Of a stretch of DNA of 58,947 nt, positions 8,047 to 17,714 are shown in pieces. A program made the position numbers and the translations under genes. Under the pieces are notes generated by a model. It did not search any database, was not told the origin of the DNA, and saw only the letters and a program-made list of their open reading frames with translations. The stretch covers positions 1 to 58,947 of IMG/VR virus record IMGVR_UViG_3300045988_154888; one strand, written 5' to 3'. The first letter of the stretch is position 1. Every line of letters begins with the position of its first letter. The DNA is from a virus.

Positions 8047-10512
8047 CTAATAATTGCCACCGCTATAAGAGGTGACAAACGTCTGCACAAAAAGATTGGC
8101 CTCGATTCTGGAAAGGCCATCAGGAATGATTTTGATTTCATGCCATGTTCCGCGCTGAATCTTTCCGTTGGAATCCTTGGAAAGATACTTCACAATATCC
8201 ATTTCATCCGCAGACAGGTCTGCCGCAGGAATATCCGTGCCATCTACGTTGATGGAAACGCTTTTAGCCGTGTTCCCCTCGTAAATGCCATAAATGATTT
8301 CGTGGGTGTGTCCCTGAATCGTAACCGTGTGCGAATGGTCTGGAATAGAAACGCTATGCGCGTGGCTCGGAACCTTGAGTGTAATCGCCGGAATCGTAAT
8401 CACAGCGACCACATTGTGACTATGGCTGAAATTGTGGACGTGTCGCATATCATGGGTATGCACGCCTCCATCGCCGGTGTTGTTCTTTATCGCGCCAGCA
8501 TAATAGGCATAGCCGGTATCGCTGGTTCCTCCTGCATTGGTAGTAAGGCTTTTCGACGATGTTTCAACGTTTCCACCTTCCGCAGTAGAGGTGTGCGCAT
8601 TGCCGGACGCATACACGGCGTTCCCGGTTAAGCCGCCGCCACCAGAGTTCGTAGTCAGGGCAGTCGAGCTTGTCTTCCCGGTTCCCGCAGAGCCTGTAGA
8701 GCCAGTACCAGCCGCGCCGGTTGTGCCGCTGATTTTCACCGTATGGGTGGCGTTTGTGGAAACGCCCTGCGAGGTTACGGTCGTGCCGCTTGCCTTGCAT
8801 GTGACCTTGTGCGTATGTCCGTTCGCAATACTTTGGCTGCCGGAAAAGCTGTGCGTGTGCGACGGGCCTGAATGCGTGTGGCTGGGGCCGCTATGCGTAT
8901 GCCCATCAATCGTGTGGGTGTGCACCGGAGCGGAATGATAATGCCCAAAAATATGGCTGTGAGAGCCTCCAGTATGGGAATGGGCATCAATCGTATGCGT
9001 ATGCGACGGACCCGGATGATGGTGCTGCATGGTGTGGTTATGGGCTGCGCATTCCCCAGTTTCAGGTTTGCTGTTGCCGTTATAATCACGGGCATAGCCT
9101 GTGTTGCCGCTGGTATCGCCTTGATGCCCGGCAATCGTACCGCCAGTCGAGGCTTCGGTCGTAACAACGCGCTGTTCAGCCGTAGCCGTCGTGGCGCCGC
9201 CAGCCGAGCTGGTTCTTTCACTTCCTCCACCGGCCGATGTAGTGGAAACGGACGCGCCGCCAGCGGAAGCGCCTGTCTCATAAGCTCGAAATGCGCTCAA
9301 CCGCCATGAAAGCAGCATCTTGTTGATTTTCTTGCACTCGGAAGGAACATAGACGCGCATGGATGCCGGATGGTTCGTATCTGCGTTGTCCGCAAACTGC
9401 TGGGCGTACAGATTGGTCGCGCCTTGCGAATACTGCGCCGTAATAGCGGCTCGCTTTGACAAATCCTCGATTGCGCTCGAAACGTCGGAGGACTTATTGC
9501 TGATGGTGATGTCCATATCCAGTGGGTCTCCATCGACATCAGATTTCGCCGCCTCGATAATCATCGCGTCGAGGTCGATGCCCTTTTCTTCATCAATCAG
9601 ATGGACGTATTTGCCCTCGTCGAACGAGTGCCAGTCCAGCCCCGTGATTTTGGAAAGGTCAATCGCCTTGGCCTTATAGGTGTAGCGGGGATGCTTGATT
9701 TCTTCCAGCACGGCACGGCCTTTGGCGAGCAGCGTTTCCGGCTCGGTGATTTGCAAATCAATGTAATGGCTGCACAGCACGCCATATAGGGAAATAGTGT
9801 CTGCGTCGATATACGGCCTGCCGCCATTCACTTCTGCGATGCCGACCTGATTTACACCCTCGCCGCTGCCTTTGCAGTACAGGCGCGTACACAATGCAGA
9901 CGAATCCTTTTCACGCTTGATTTGCTGCATGTTCCGCTTCCGGCGAATTTCACACGACCTGTCCTTATTCTGCCGGACAAGATTGACAGTCCACGGATAA
10001 GAATCCGTATCAAACGTCCAATGGTAATCGTCCGCAAAACAGGTCGGGATGGAATACAGCGCATCCAGCAGATTGGTGTTCTCCCATGAATACTGGAATT
10101 GATAGTTGAAATCACATTTTCCGAGCTTCCATCGCTTTACCGTCTGACGGGAAAGGATATTTTCAATAACGGCACGGGTTGAAACGCCCGTGCCGCCAAT
10201 CTCCAAATAGCCGTCAATCACATCGTTCAGCAGGAAAGCAATGACGTGTTCACAGGAATATTTCAGGAACTGCCCTGCGCCTGTAATATCAGTTTCCGGC
10301 TCATCGAGAATGCGGTACTTGCCCTTGCTGACTTCTCCATCAAACACATCAACGATGAAATGCGTGTCACACAGCGCCGTTTTCGGGTCATCATACGGAA
10401 GTTCAAACGAGGCCGTGAACAGGTCGTTGTGCGGGCGTACATAGCCGACAGCAGTCGCATTCTGCAAGATGCCGACCAGCTCCATGCTGCGGTTATAAAT
10501 TCTCGGTTTCAA
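8047..10512 (-). CDS. Tail-associated lysin/tail tip protein (prophage tail endopeptidase-like N-terminus) with His-x-His-rich C-terminal region
   Basis: 821 aa, directly after Dit. N-terminal region resembles siphovirus Tal. About 17 HxH motifs fall in aa 490-568 and 685-737. Confidence 0.7.
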   Translation of the reverse strand: MKPRIYNRSMELVGILQNATAVGYVRPHNDLFTASFELPYDDPKTALCDTHFIVDVFDGEVSKGKYRILDEPETDITGAGQFLKYSCEHVIAFLLNDVIDGYLEIGGTGVSTRAVIENILSRQTVKRWKLGKCDFNYQFQYSWENTNLLDALYSIPTCFADDYHWTFDTDSYPWTVNLVRQNKDRSCEIRRKRNMQQIKREKDSSALCTRLYCKGSGEGVNQVGIAEVNGGRPYIDADTISLYGVLCSHYIDLQITEPETLLAKGRAVLEEIKHPRYTYKAKAIDLSKITGLDWHSFDEGKYVHLIDEEKGIDLDAMIIEAAKSDVDGDPLDMDITISNKSSDVSSAIEDLSKRAAITAQYSQGATNLYAQQFADNADTNHPASMRVYVPSECKKINKMLLSWRLSAFRAYETGASAGGASVSTTSAGGGSERTSSAGGATTATAEQRVVTTEASTGGTIAGHQGDTSGNTGYARDYNGNSKPETGECAAHNHTMQHHHPGPSHTHTIDAHSHTGGSHSHIFGHYHSAPVHTHTIDGHTHSGPSHTHSGPSHTHSFSGSQSIANGHTHKVTCKASGTTVTSQGVSTNATHTVKISGTTGAAGTGSTGSAGTGKTSSTALTTNSGGGGLTGNAVYASGNAHTSTAEGGNVETSSKSLTTNAGGTSDTGYAYYAGAIKNNTGDGGVHTHDMRHVHNFSHSHNVVAVITIPAITLKVPSHAHSVSIPDHSHTVTIQGHTHEIIYGIYEGNTAKSVSINVDGTDIPAADLSADEMDIVKYLSKDSNGKIQRGTWHEIKIIPDGLSRIEANLFVQTFVTSYSGGNY

Positions 10513-11760
10513 TTACAACCACCTCGCACGGAAAGACACAGCCACGGCGACGGTCGCGGCTGTTCCAGACAGAATTTTGATTTTCTTTTCACCGTTCACA
10601 GACAGCATTGGGAAATCACCTGATTTAAGCCATTTAATGCCATCCTCCGCGCCTTTAGCTATTGCCCCTGACAAACTATCCACCGTGACAGCCTGACCGT
10701 TAGATAGGCTAAAGCCATTCGAATACAGACGCATGGTTTTCAGAGCGTTTTTCTCGTCGTAATACTGGATGCGCAGGTCTGTTATGGCCGTTGCACTCTT
10801 GTTGGTGACAGAAACGGTCAGCGGCGTAGCATATCCAATGCCATTGGAGAGAAGCGAGGAAAGGTTGATTTCCTTTGCCGTTCCGGCGCTCAAAACAAGG
10901 TTCTCGGCGCTGGCGCTGACAGTTACGTCGCTTGCGAAGGGTTGCAGCGTCATTTTCAGCTTGATGGAGCCATTTTCCCAGTCCTTTCGGCTCAGGCTTT
11001 GTTTTCCATCGACCTCCGCCTCATAATAGCGGCTGACATCGCTGTCAAGGATGAGCTGCGCTCTGCCGGAATTGCCGAGCCATGCGGCTACGCTGTGGAG
11101 TTTCTTGGTGATTTCTTCCTCGCTCATCAGCCCGTCGCTGGATTGCTTCACGAAATACAGCGTGCCGGACATGGATTTTTCTTCGTACAGAATCCCTTCG
11201 CCGGAATCATACCGAAGCGTGCCGCTTTGCCCTGCAATCTCATACTTGTTGACCTTGGCGGTCGGCACTGCGTCCATGCTGTCCATTACGAACACACAGC
11301 CCATATCATTCAGGCAATGCTTCCCGGCGAACGTGAAGTTGTTCATTTCGCTCGTAGCCGTCGTGATAGGCTGGTTGTTGTAGACGTTGTACAGTCTATT
11401 GTCGGCGCAGGTGAACACGACGGTAATGCGTGCGGAAGCGCCGCTGCGCTCCGGCGTTGAAACCGAAGTGCAGCGGGCAAGATAGTAATGGGTCGTATCG
11501 CGTTCGGCAAACAATTTCGCAGTTCCGGCTTCATACAGCCATTTGCCGATGTCCTTGAGCTTTTTGTCAACGTCCTTGACGGTGCTGCCTCTTGCAAGGA
11601 TGGTAGCTTCGATGCTCCGCATGGTGGGAACCTCTACCGCCGCGAGCAATCTGCCGCGATAGGAAAGCTCCTTGCGCTCAAAATCGGCGAAGATTTTGTT
11701 CTTCCAGCTCACCACCTTGCAATGCCCAAAGGACGAAAGATGGACGTTTCCGAAAATCAT
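10513..11760 (-). CDS. Distal tail protein (Dit, Sipho_tail family)
   Basis: 415 aa, located between the tape measure and Tal. The N-terminus is Sipho_tail-like. Confidence 0.7.
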   Translation of the reverse strand: MIFGNVHLSSFGHCKVVSWKNKIFADFERKELSYRGRLLAAVEVPTMRSIEATILARGSTVKDVDKKLKDIGKWLYEAGTAKLFAERDTTHYYLARCTSVSTPERSGASARITVVFTCADNRLYNVYNNQPITTATSEMNNFTFAGKHCLNDMGCVFVMDSMDAVPTAKVNKYEIAGQSGTLRYDSGEGILYEEKSMSGTLYFVKQSSDGLMSEEEITKKLHSVAAWLGNSGRAQLILDSDVSRYYEAEVDGKQSLSRKDWENGSIKLKMTLQPFASDVTVSASAENLVLSAGTAKEINLSSLLSNGIGYATPLTVSVTNKSATAITDLRIQYYDEKNALKTMRLYSNGFSLSNGQAVTVDSLSGAIAKGAEDGIKWLKSGDFPMLSVNGEKKIKILSGTAATVAVAVSFRARWL

Positions 11761-14700
11761 TATGCAATCACCCCCTGAGCGCTTCTGCCAGCAACCGTCT
11801 GGCGGGACTTCTTGGAAATCGTCTTACTGACGGGATTGCTGACCTTTTCACCAACCTTATCGCCATCCATGATGACATCGCCGTCCAATGCGCCGGATTC
11901 AATCAGCCTGTCGGCAATCACGCGGCCAATGGCTTCGGCTTTTTCATACAGGGACTGTTTTTCATTGCTCGCCTCTGCGGTCTGCTTCGCGGTCTGCCGG
12001 ATGGTATCGCCAGACGTATAGACGGTTCCTCTGGACGGGTCGCCCACAAGGAAGGAATCATGCAGAGAATCGGTCACGTCGCCAGCGGCCTTTTCGATAA
12101 GCTGTACCTTTCCGAGAACGCCCTTGGCAAGACCGGCATCCCACATCCAGCCGATTTCTCTCTCGGCCACGGTAGACGGGCTGTGAATGCCCAGCGAGGA
12201 TTTCGCCGCGCTCAACGCAGACTGCGCCGCGCTTCTGGCGGCGGCTCTGATGACGGAGGAACCGGCGCGAATGCCGTTCGCAATGCCTTGTGCGAAATTG
12301 TAGCCAATGCTGCTGCCAGCACCGTTCGTCAGCACGGAAGAAGCTGCGGAAACGGCAGCTCTGGCGGCATTATCAGCTTCGCTCGCAAGAGAACTCTTGC
12401 ACGAAGTAACGGCGCTCTTGATGGCGTTGACAAACTTTGTGCCGATTTCCTTGCCGTTCGTTTCACTCATATTGAGAATGAATTTTTTCACAACAGCATC
12501 GGACACCTCAAGGGCTGCGGCCTCGTTCGGAGCCTGTCCATCAAGGATGGAGGTTTCCATGCCGGCCATCGCCTCATTGGTGGTATCGGTAAATTCGGTA
12601 ACAATTGGTTCTACCGATGTCACGGCAGCATCAACCAATCCAGAGGCAGAGGCCTCTACATCAGGGACCGCTTTGTCTATTCCCGGACTAGTAGCTGAAC
12701 CGATTTCCTCGCCAGCTTCCTTTTGCGTTGTAACCGCTGCATCAATGTCTGATTGAGAGGCTTTAGCCGCTTCAGTAATAGCTTCCGCTGCTTCCTCAAC
12801 GGTCATCGTGCCTTTTGATAAACCGTCTGCCACACCTTGCGGTAGTGCCATACCGAGTAGGTCACCAGCCTCAACTCCCATTGCTTTGAGCTGTATTTCC
12901 AATTCGGCTTGCCACCCCTTAATGCTTGCAAGAGACGTATCAAACACACTATCCCACATTACGCTTGCTGCTTCCGGAATCTCAGCATCCGTATACAGTA
13001 CATTAGCTATCTGCGCAAGCATTGTGCGAACTTCTGCTTCCGTCAGCTCTCCACTTCCATCAATAGTTTCGCTAAAATTTCGGTACAGATAATCTCCAAT
13101 TCCAAGAACACCTTCTCCGATAGCACCTAGAAGGTCTGCGCGATTCAATGCATCAACGATGCCCTGCGGCACAGCCATACCAGCCTCTTCGTACTTCGAG
13201 CGCAGCGATTCGAGTGCCTCAATATCTGGTTCCATGGCATTATAAATATTACGAGCGCTTTCAACGAGCTCAGGGGCACATACGTCTATGGCTCGAGCAA
13301 GCCCTCCAAATCCTTTGACAAGCTGGCTTTTCGTCTCATCATATATTATGCCCATGTCAGGTATTTCGAGGGTGTTTGTCATAGCATTTAAAGCATTGTT
13401 CAGTCCTTCTAATCGGATTGAGGATAGCTGGTCGTTGATTCCCTGTTCAATTGTCGCAATATACCTTCGTGTCTCATTTGTATCCAATTCAAGCGCAGCA
13501 GCAGCCTGATATGCCAGCGTAATCGTTCTTTCGCCTGCAGTTTCCGCTGTCTGAGCAGCGTTTTCAACTTGCTCGCGAACGGTTTTCATAATATTATTGA
13601 TGCTCTTTTTATCTAAAACACCGCCGACATTTTCTGTTTGAATCCTTAGCAACTCTCCCTTAAGCTCAACGTTGGCTATTGCCTGTGCAACAGCATCGCT
13701 GTATTTTTGAGCGAGCACTTGTATTTTTGCAGCTTCCTCAGCCGAGATGCTTCCATCTGCCATGGCTGATGTCAACGCTTTTCTGGCTTCTGTACCAGCC
13801 GCATCTGCTTCGGCTTGAATCGCCTCAAAAAAAGGCTTAAATAATTCTTCTGAAACCTTTTGATAGTTTTCACCTTGCTCGCCCATAACAGTTTTTAGTG
13901 TCAGGTCGACTTCATACTCCTGTGCTTCAATGAGGCCAAGCCCAGTCTCAATGATGCCTTCAACCGTTTCTTTGAAATTTTCAGATTCATTCTCATCCAA
14001 CTGAATTTTGAGTTTGGCATTAAGAACCTGATTGTTGAGTTTCTCGGACAGCGTTGTAAGGCTCTCTGCAAGCGCATCAGAGTTTTCTTTGGCCGTTGCC
14101 AGTTCCTGCATTTTTAATGTTTCCGGCATGGCAAAATTACTTACGATTTTCTGCACGTCATCAACACTCAAAACGGTGTTATCAAGCGATGTGATAGCAT
14201 CTCGCAGCCAATTACATAAATCTTTACCAGCATCTGCCAGCGTATTCAACGCAGGAGTTAACTTGTCACCGATTTCAATGCATAAGTTGTTGAACGAGTT
14301 TTTCAGCGTTTCGACATTACTTTCAGTAGTCCCATATCGCTGCTCAGCCTCGTTGGTCAGAGCATTATTCTCAGTCCATGCGGTGTTCGCGCGCTTAATT
14401 GAGCTATCCATCATATCAGAGGCATTCGTAGCGCGGAGGATGGAATCGCGGAGCCTAACTTCGGTGATGCCCATATCGCCAAGCGTCACAATGGCAGAAC
14501 CGCCAGACGATTCAATATTAGCCAATCCGTTGATAAAAGACGAAACTGCGGCAGAAGGGTCGTTTTCAACCAAATTAGCAAATTCTTCGGCGGTTGTTCC
14601 GGTTACTTCGGCGAAGTTCTTCAGGTTATCGGCGTTTTCACACAGCGTTTTCAGTTCTTCGGAGGTCATGCCTAGACCATGGGCAATGGATTTGAAACTT

Positions 14701-15665
14701 TCACTATCCGTATCTGCCAGCATTGTCAAATCCCGTGCAGTATCGTCAAAAGTTGCCGCTGCGAGATTTTTTGCTTCTTCTGCAGTAACACCAACAGCAT
14801 CAGCAAACTCCTGTAAATCTGTGCACTTATTCGCTATTTCGCTCAACTCATCCGTTGTGATGCCGAGTTTTCCGGCAAATTCCTCGAACGCCTCTGGATT
14901 CAGCACTTCCGTCCATGAAATCAACACCATATCAGTTTTGATTTCATCAAGCTGCGTTAAAGCCGAAACGCCACTGTCAGCTGCTGTTTTCATTTTAATC
15001 ATCAGCTTTGAGAACGCCGTGCCACCTGCTTCAGCCTCAATACCAACGCTGGACAGCGAGGCCGAAAACGCCAAAATATCAGCCTCGCTCATACCAAGCT
15101 GCGTTCCTGCCGCAGCGATACGCATAGCCATTTCCATAATTGCGCTTTCAGTAGTCGCAGAATTATTGCCAAGGTCAACCAGAACGGAACCGAGTTCATC
15201 AAAATTTGAAAAATCCATGCCAGTAATGTTGGCAAATTGAGCGAACATTGTTGCCGCTGCTTCGCTGGTAAGATTTGTACTCACAGACAATGCAGCGATT
15301 GTTTCCGTAAACTCTTCCAAATTTTCCTTCGGCACGGCAAGCTGACCGCCCATTTCCATAATGCCAGCCAATTCCGTTGTTGTTTTTGGAATCGTTTCAG
15401 CCATTTCCTTGATGGAATCAGAAAGTCCCTGATACTCTGTTTCAGTCGCATCGACGGTTTTTCTTACGCCAGCAAATGCGCTCTCAAATTCAATGGATTG
15501 TCCTACAACGTATTGCGTTGCATCTCCGACTTTTTTGACTAATCCAAGCATTACAAGTTTTTTCGCGATTCCGTTACACGTCTCAAGAATCCCACTGAGG
15601 GACGTATTCATCTCGGTCGCATCAATTCCAAACGTTGCGTACAATTCGCCAACTTTTAATGCCAC
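11760..15665 (-). CDS. Tail tape measure protein
   Basis: About 1300 aa, helical and Ala/Glu-rich. Start taken at GTG 15665, 9 nt after GGAGG. The maximal ORF extends to 15695. Confidence 0.9.
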   Translation of the reverse strand: MALKVGELYATFGIDATEMNTSLSGILETCNGIAKKLVMLGLVKKVGDATQYVVGQSIEFESAFAGVRKTVDATETEYQGLSDSIKEMAETIPKTTTELAGIMEMGGQLAVPKENLEEFTETIAALSVSTNLTSEAAATMFAQFANITGMDFSNFDELGSVLVDLGNNSATTESAIMEMAMRIAAAGTQLGMSEADILAFSASLSSVGIEAEAGGTAFSKLMIKMKTAADSGVSALTQLDEIKTDMVLISWTEVLNPEAFEEFAGKLGITTDELSEIANKCTDLQEFADAVGVTAEEAKNLAAATFDDTARDLTMLADTDSESFKSIAHGLGMTSEELKTLCENADNLKNFAEVTGTTAEEFANLVENDPSAAVSSFINGLANIESSGGSAIVTLGDMGITEVRLRDSILRATNASDMMDSSIKRANTAWTENNALTNEAEQRYGTTESNVETLKNSFNNLCIEIGDKLTPALNTLADAGKDLCNWLRDAITSLDNTVLSVDDVQKIVSNFAMPETLKMQELATAKENSDALAESLTTLSEKLNNQVLNAKLKIQLDENESENFKETVEGIIETGLGLIEAQEYEVDLTLKTVMGEQGENYQKVSEELFKPFFEAIQAEADAAGTEARKALTSAMADGSISAEEAAKIQVLAQKYSDAVAQAIANVELKGELLRIQTENVGGVLDKKSINNIMKTVREQVENAAQTAETAGERTITLAYQAAAALELDTNETRRYIATIEQGINDQLSSIRLEGLNNALNAMTNTLEIPDMGIIYDETKSQLVKGFGGLARAIDVCAPELVESARNIYNAMEPDIEALESLRSKYEEAGMAVPQGIVDALNRADLLGAIGEGVLGIGDYLYRNFSETIDGSGELTEAEVRTMLAQIANVLYTDAEIPEAASVMWDSVFDTSLASIKGWQAELEIQLKAMGVEAGDLLGMALPQGVADGLSKGTMTVEEAAEAITEAAKASQSDIDAAVTTQKEAGEEIGSATSPGIDKAVPDVEASASGLVDAAVTSVEPIVTEFTDTTNEAMAGMETSILDGQAPNEAAALEVSDAVVKKFILNMSETNGKEIGTKFVNAIKSAVTSCKSSLASEADNAARAAVSAASSVLTNGAGSSIGYNFAQGIANGIRAGSSVIRAAARSAAQSALSAAKSSLGIHSPSTVAEREIGWMWDAGLAKGVLGKVQLIEKAAGDVTDSLHDSFLVGDPSRGTVYTSGDTIRQTAKQTAEASNEKQSLYEKAEAIGRVIADRLIESGALDGDVIMDGDKVGEKVSNPVSKTISKKSRQTVAGRSAQGVIA

Positions 15666-15758
15666 AAAAAGCACCTCCTCATTTTTAGGCAACAAAAAAG
15701 AGCTATTGTGTCATAGCTCTTTGTGTAGCCCATTATACGCTCCATTTGGAGCAACAAG

Positions 15759-16484
15759 TCATTCTATACCGCCATCAAATGTGATAAGACTTTCGAGAAG
15801 CACATTCTCGTCCGTCTCCATCGTCTTTATTTCGTAGGTGATATATAGCGGCTTATAATCACCGTCAATACTGGCGCTAAACAACATCGTATTCTGCCCT
15901 GTATGCATCGAATTTGAGGTGAGAAACCCTTTTATTTGTTTGCTGCCAACGTCATTAAAGCCATACGTCATGGCCTCAGCAGTCTCAAAATCGTACAATT
16001 CCGTATTCTGCCCTGCTTTATAAACTATCCTAAGCTGATATGATAGTACTTCATCGCGCCATGTGCGACCTTCTTCATCCTCATGGACGGACACGATAAA
16101 CTGTGCTAGTTTGTTTTCATTGTCAAGCAAGGTCCATGTTGCTGTATATCCACATTCGTTATTAACGATGTCGGGAATGCATTCAAACCTATGAGCGCCA
16201 TCAAGGTGCATAGCAATTTTATATGCCCGAAGAAGGCCACTATATCCGCTGTTTGATTCAGCTAACTTCATACTTTGCAATGCCATCTCGTATAATTTAA
16301 CGGCTTCCGTGTCTTCAATTCCGTCCCAATCGTTATGCTGCAACAGCGTCAGATTTATTGCATCGCGCAATTCCAGCAATTCCTCTGCTGACAATTTTGC
16401 CAAATCAACCTCGACAGCGTATGCCTCAACACACCCAAGGAAAAGCGACAAGACAAGGAAAAATACCAAGCACTTCTGTTTCAT
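15759..16484 (-). CDS. Secreted protein or lipoprotein (moron inserted in the tail operon)
   Basis: 241 aa. Signal peptide MKQKCLVFFLVLSLFLGCVEAYA (LGC lipobox-like / AYA cleavage). GGGAGG RBS. Local AT-rich composition. Confidence 0.7.
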   Translation of the reverse strand: MKQKCLVFFLVLSLFLGCVEAYAVEVDLAKLSAEELLELRDAINLTLLQHNDWDGIEDTEAVKLYEMALQSMKLAESNSGYSGLLRAYKIAMHLDGAHRFECIPDIVNNECGYTATWTLLDNENKLAQFIVSVHEDEEGRTWRDEVLSYQLRIVYKAGQNTELYDFETAEAMTYGFNDVGSKQIKGFLTSNSMHTGQNTMLFSASIDGDYKPLYITYEIKTMETDENVLLESLITFDGGIE

Positions 16485-16848
16485 CCGATTGGCCTCCCTT
16501 CTTTGAGCATTTTACCATAAATCAGCCTGGCGGGCAAGTGAACGCACGCTCATATCTCCCCACTGATTTTTTGCTTCTTCGCACACGGCGTTTAGAAGCC
16601 GTTTTAAGCCGCTTCTATTTTTACCCTTACAAATTCTCATCAAAGCATAAAGAACTGGCTTAATCCAGCGTTAAAGCCGTTAAAAATATGTTCTGGCTTC
16701 ATCAAGCCGCCAGCAAACCTTTTTGCCGTGTTTTACTTTTCTACTGGCTTTTCGTTTTCGCTGGAAAGGGGGATGCGCTGCGGCCATCCCCCTCACGCGC
16801 GTTAACTACATAGCATAGACTCTATACTGCTGTATATTCATAGTATAG

Positions 16849-16880
16849 AATAATATAATATATAATATGCTACTGCTACT
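16849..16880. repeat. AT-rich motif copy R1 (ATATATAATATGCTACTGC core)
   Basis: Shares a 17-19-nt core with 47464-47481 (same orientation) and 27061-27090 (inverted). Lies in a 528-bp non-coding gap. Confidence 0.6.
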
Positions 16881-16907
16881 TCTTTCTTTTGGTTCTTTTC
16901 TTTCTTT

Positions 16908-16963
16908 GTAATGCTCAAGTAATACGTAAGCATTACTCAAGCAATGCCTGAGCATTACTCAAG
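16908..16963. repeat. Iteron-like short repeats (gtaatgcTCAAGTAATAC / gcattacTCAAG x2)
   Basis: gcattactcaag occurs at 16930-16941 and 16952-16963. The related gtaatgctcaag, whose first 7 nt are the inverted complement of gcattac, is at 16908-16919. Confidence 0.5.
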
Positions 16964-17012
16964 TAATACTAATGTATTGCCATGCCATGAAGAACCGGCG
17001 AAAGGCACTTCG

Positions 17013-17635
17013 TCACACGGACACAATGGACGAAAAAAAGGCGTTTGCCGCCTGTTCATCCGTCTTTTCATCCGTGTTGTTCTTTTCTTTTTCAGCCTCG
17101 GCGCGAATCCTGACAGCGACCGCGCCCGTGGGGGACAGGTTATTGAGCAGGGCGAGGAAGAAGCGCCAGCTCATTGTGTCGATTTGCTCCATAAGAACGA
17201 TGTGGTAGTCGCGCAGAAAATCGGCCTCCACCGCATCCCAGATATGGAGCATGTTTACTTTTTTGCGCGCTTACCTTCGCCGGTCTGACGGCGGCTGTCA
17301 TCGTCCGTCAGTTCTTCCACCTCATCATCGTCATCGGCGGCGCCCTCGTTGATTTCCTTGAAAAGCTGCTGCACGAGCATAGCGAGGTTGGCTGCGCTCA
17401 GGCCGTCCGCACACATCTGGTTGACATTGGCTTCGCCAAACATCGCATCGGCGGCACGCATGACCATCCGCGTGTTGGCGGTGGGGTCGTTGGCGTTTTC
17501 GGCGCGAGCCATCATCACGGGAACAATGGCCGGAATCTCCATCGGAACGACGTATTCCTTGCCCATGACGGTGACGGAAATGGTTTCCTTCTTCTTCTCG
17601 GCCATGAAATTATCGAAATTCAGAATCTTACCCAC
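17013..17635 (-). CDS. Tail assembly chaperone G-T fusion product (via -1 frameshift)
   Basis: The ORF 17013-17252 is in the -1 frame relative to 17255-17635 and stays open across the junction (..KKVNMLHIWD..). Confidence 0.7.
17255..17635 (-). CDS. Tail assembly chaperone (gpG-like)
   Basis: 126 aa with an acidic C-terminus. Lies between the major tail protein and the tape measure region. Confidence 0.75.
   Translation of the reverse strand: MGKILNFDNFMAEKKKETISVTVMGKEYVVPMEIPAIVPVMMARAENANDPTANTRMVMRAADAMFGEANVNQMCADGLSAANLAMLVQQLFKEINEGAADDDDEVEELTDDDSRRQTGEGKRAKK
17258..17264 (-). promoter_or_regulatory. Programmed -1 ribosomal frameshift slippery heptamer A_AAA_AAG
   Basis: The coding strand reads GCA AAA AAG TAA at the end of the gpG-like ORF. 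The -1 frame continues into the gpT-like ORF. Confidence 0.75.
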
Positions 17636-17714
17636 GTTTTTACCCTCCTATCGAAATTGAAAAAGAAAGGGAAGGTGCGCGTTGCACCCTCCCATGGTCA
17701 GTTTGAGCAGCTTA

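Noticed and set aside
8302-9045. The His-rich stretch as a low-complexity artefact or a frameshifted region.
   Set aside because: The reading frame is continuous over 821 codons with normal flanking domains. The HxH spacing is regular rather than random.
16944-17288. 114-aa plus-strand ORF downstream of AT-rich motif R1.
   Set aside because: It lies antisense to the gpT-like chaperone ORF, which is supported by the frameshift geometry. It has no RBS.
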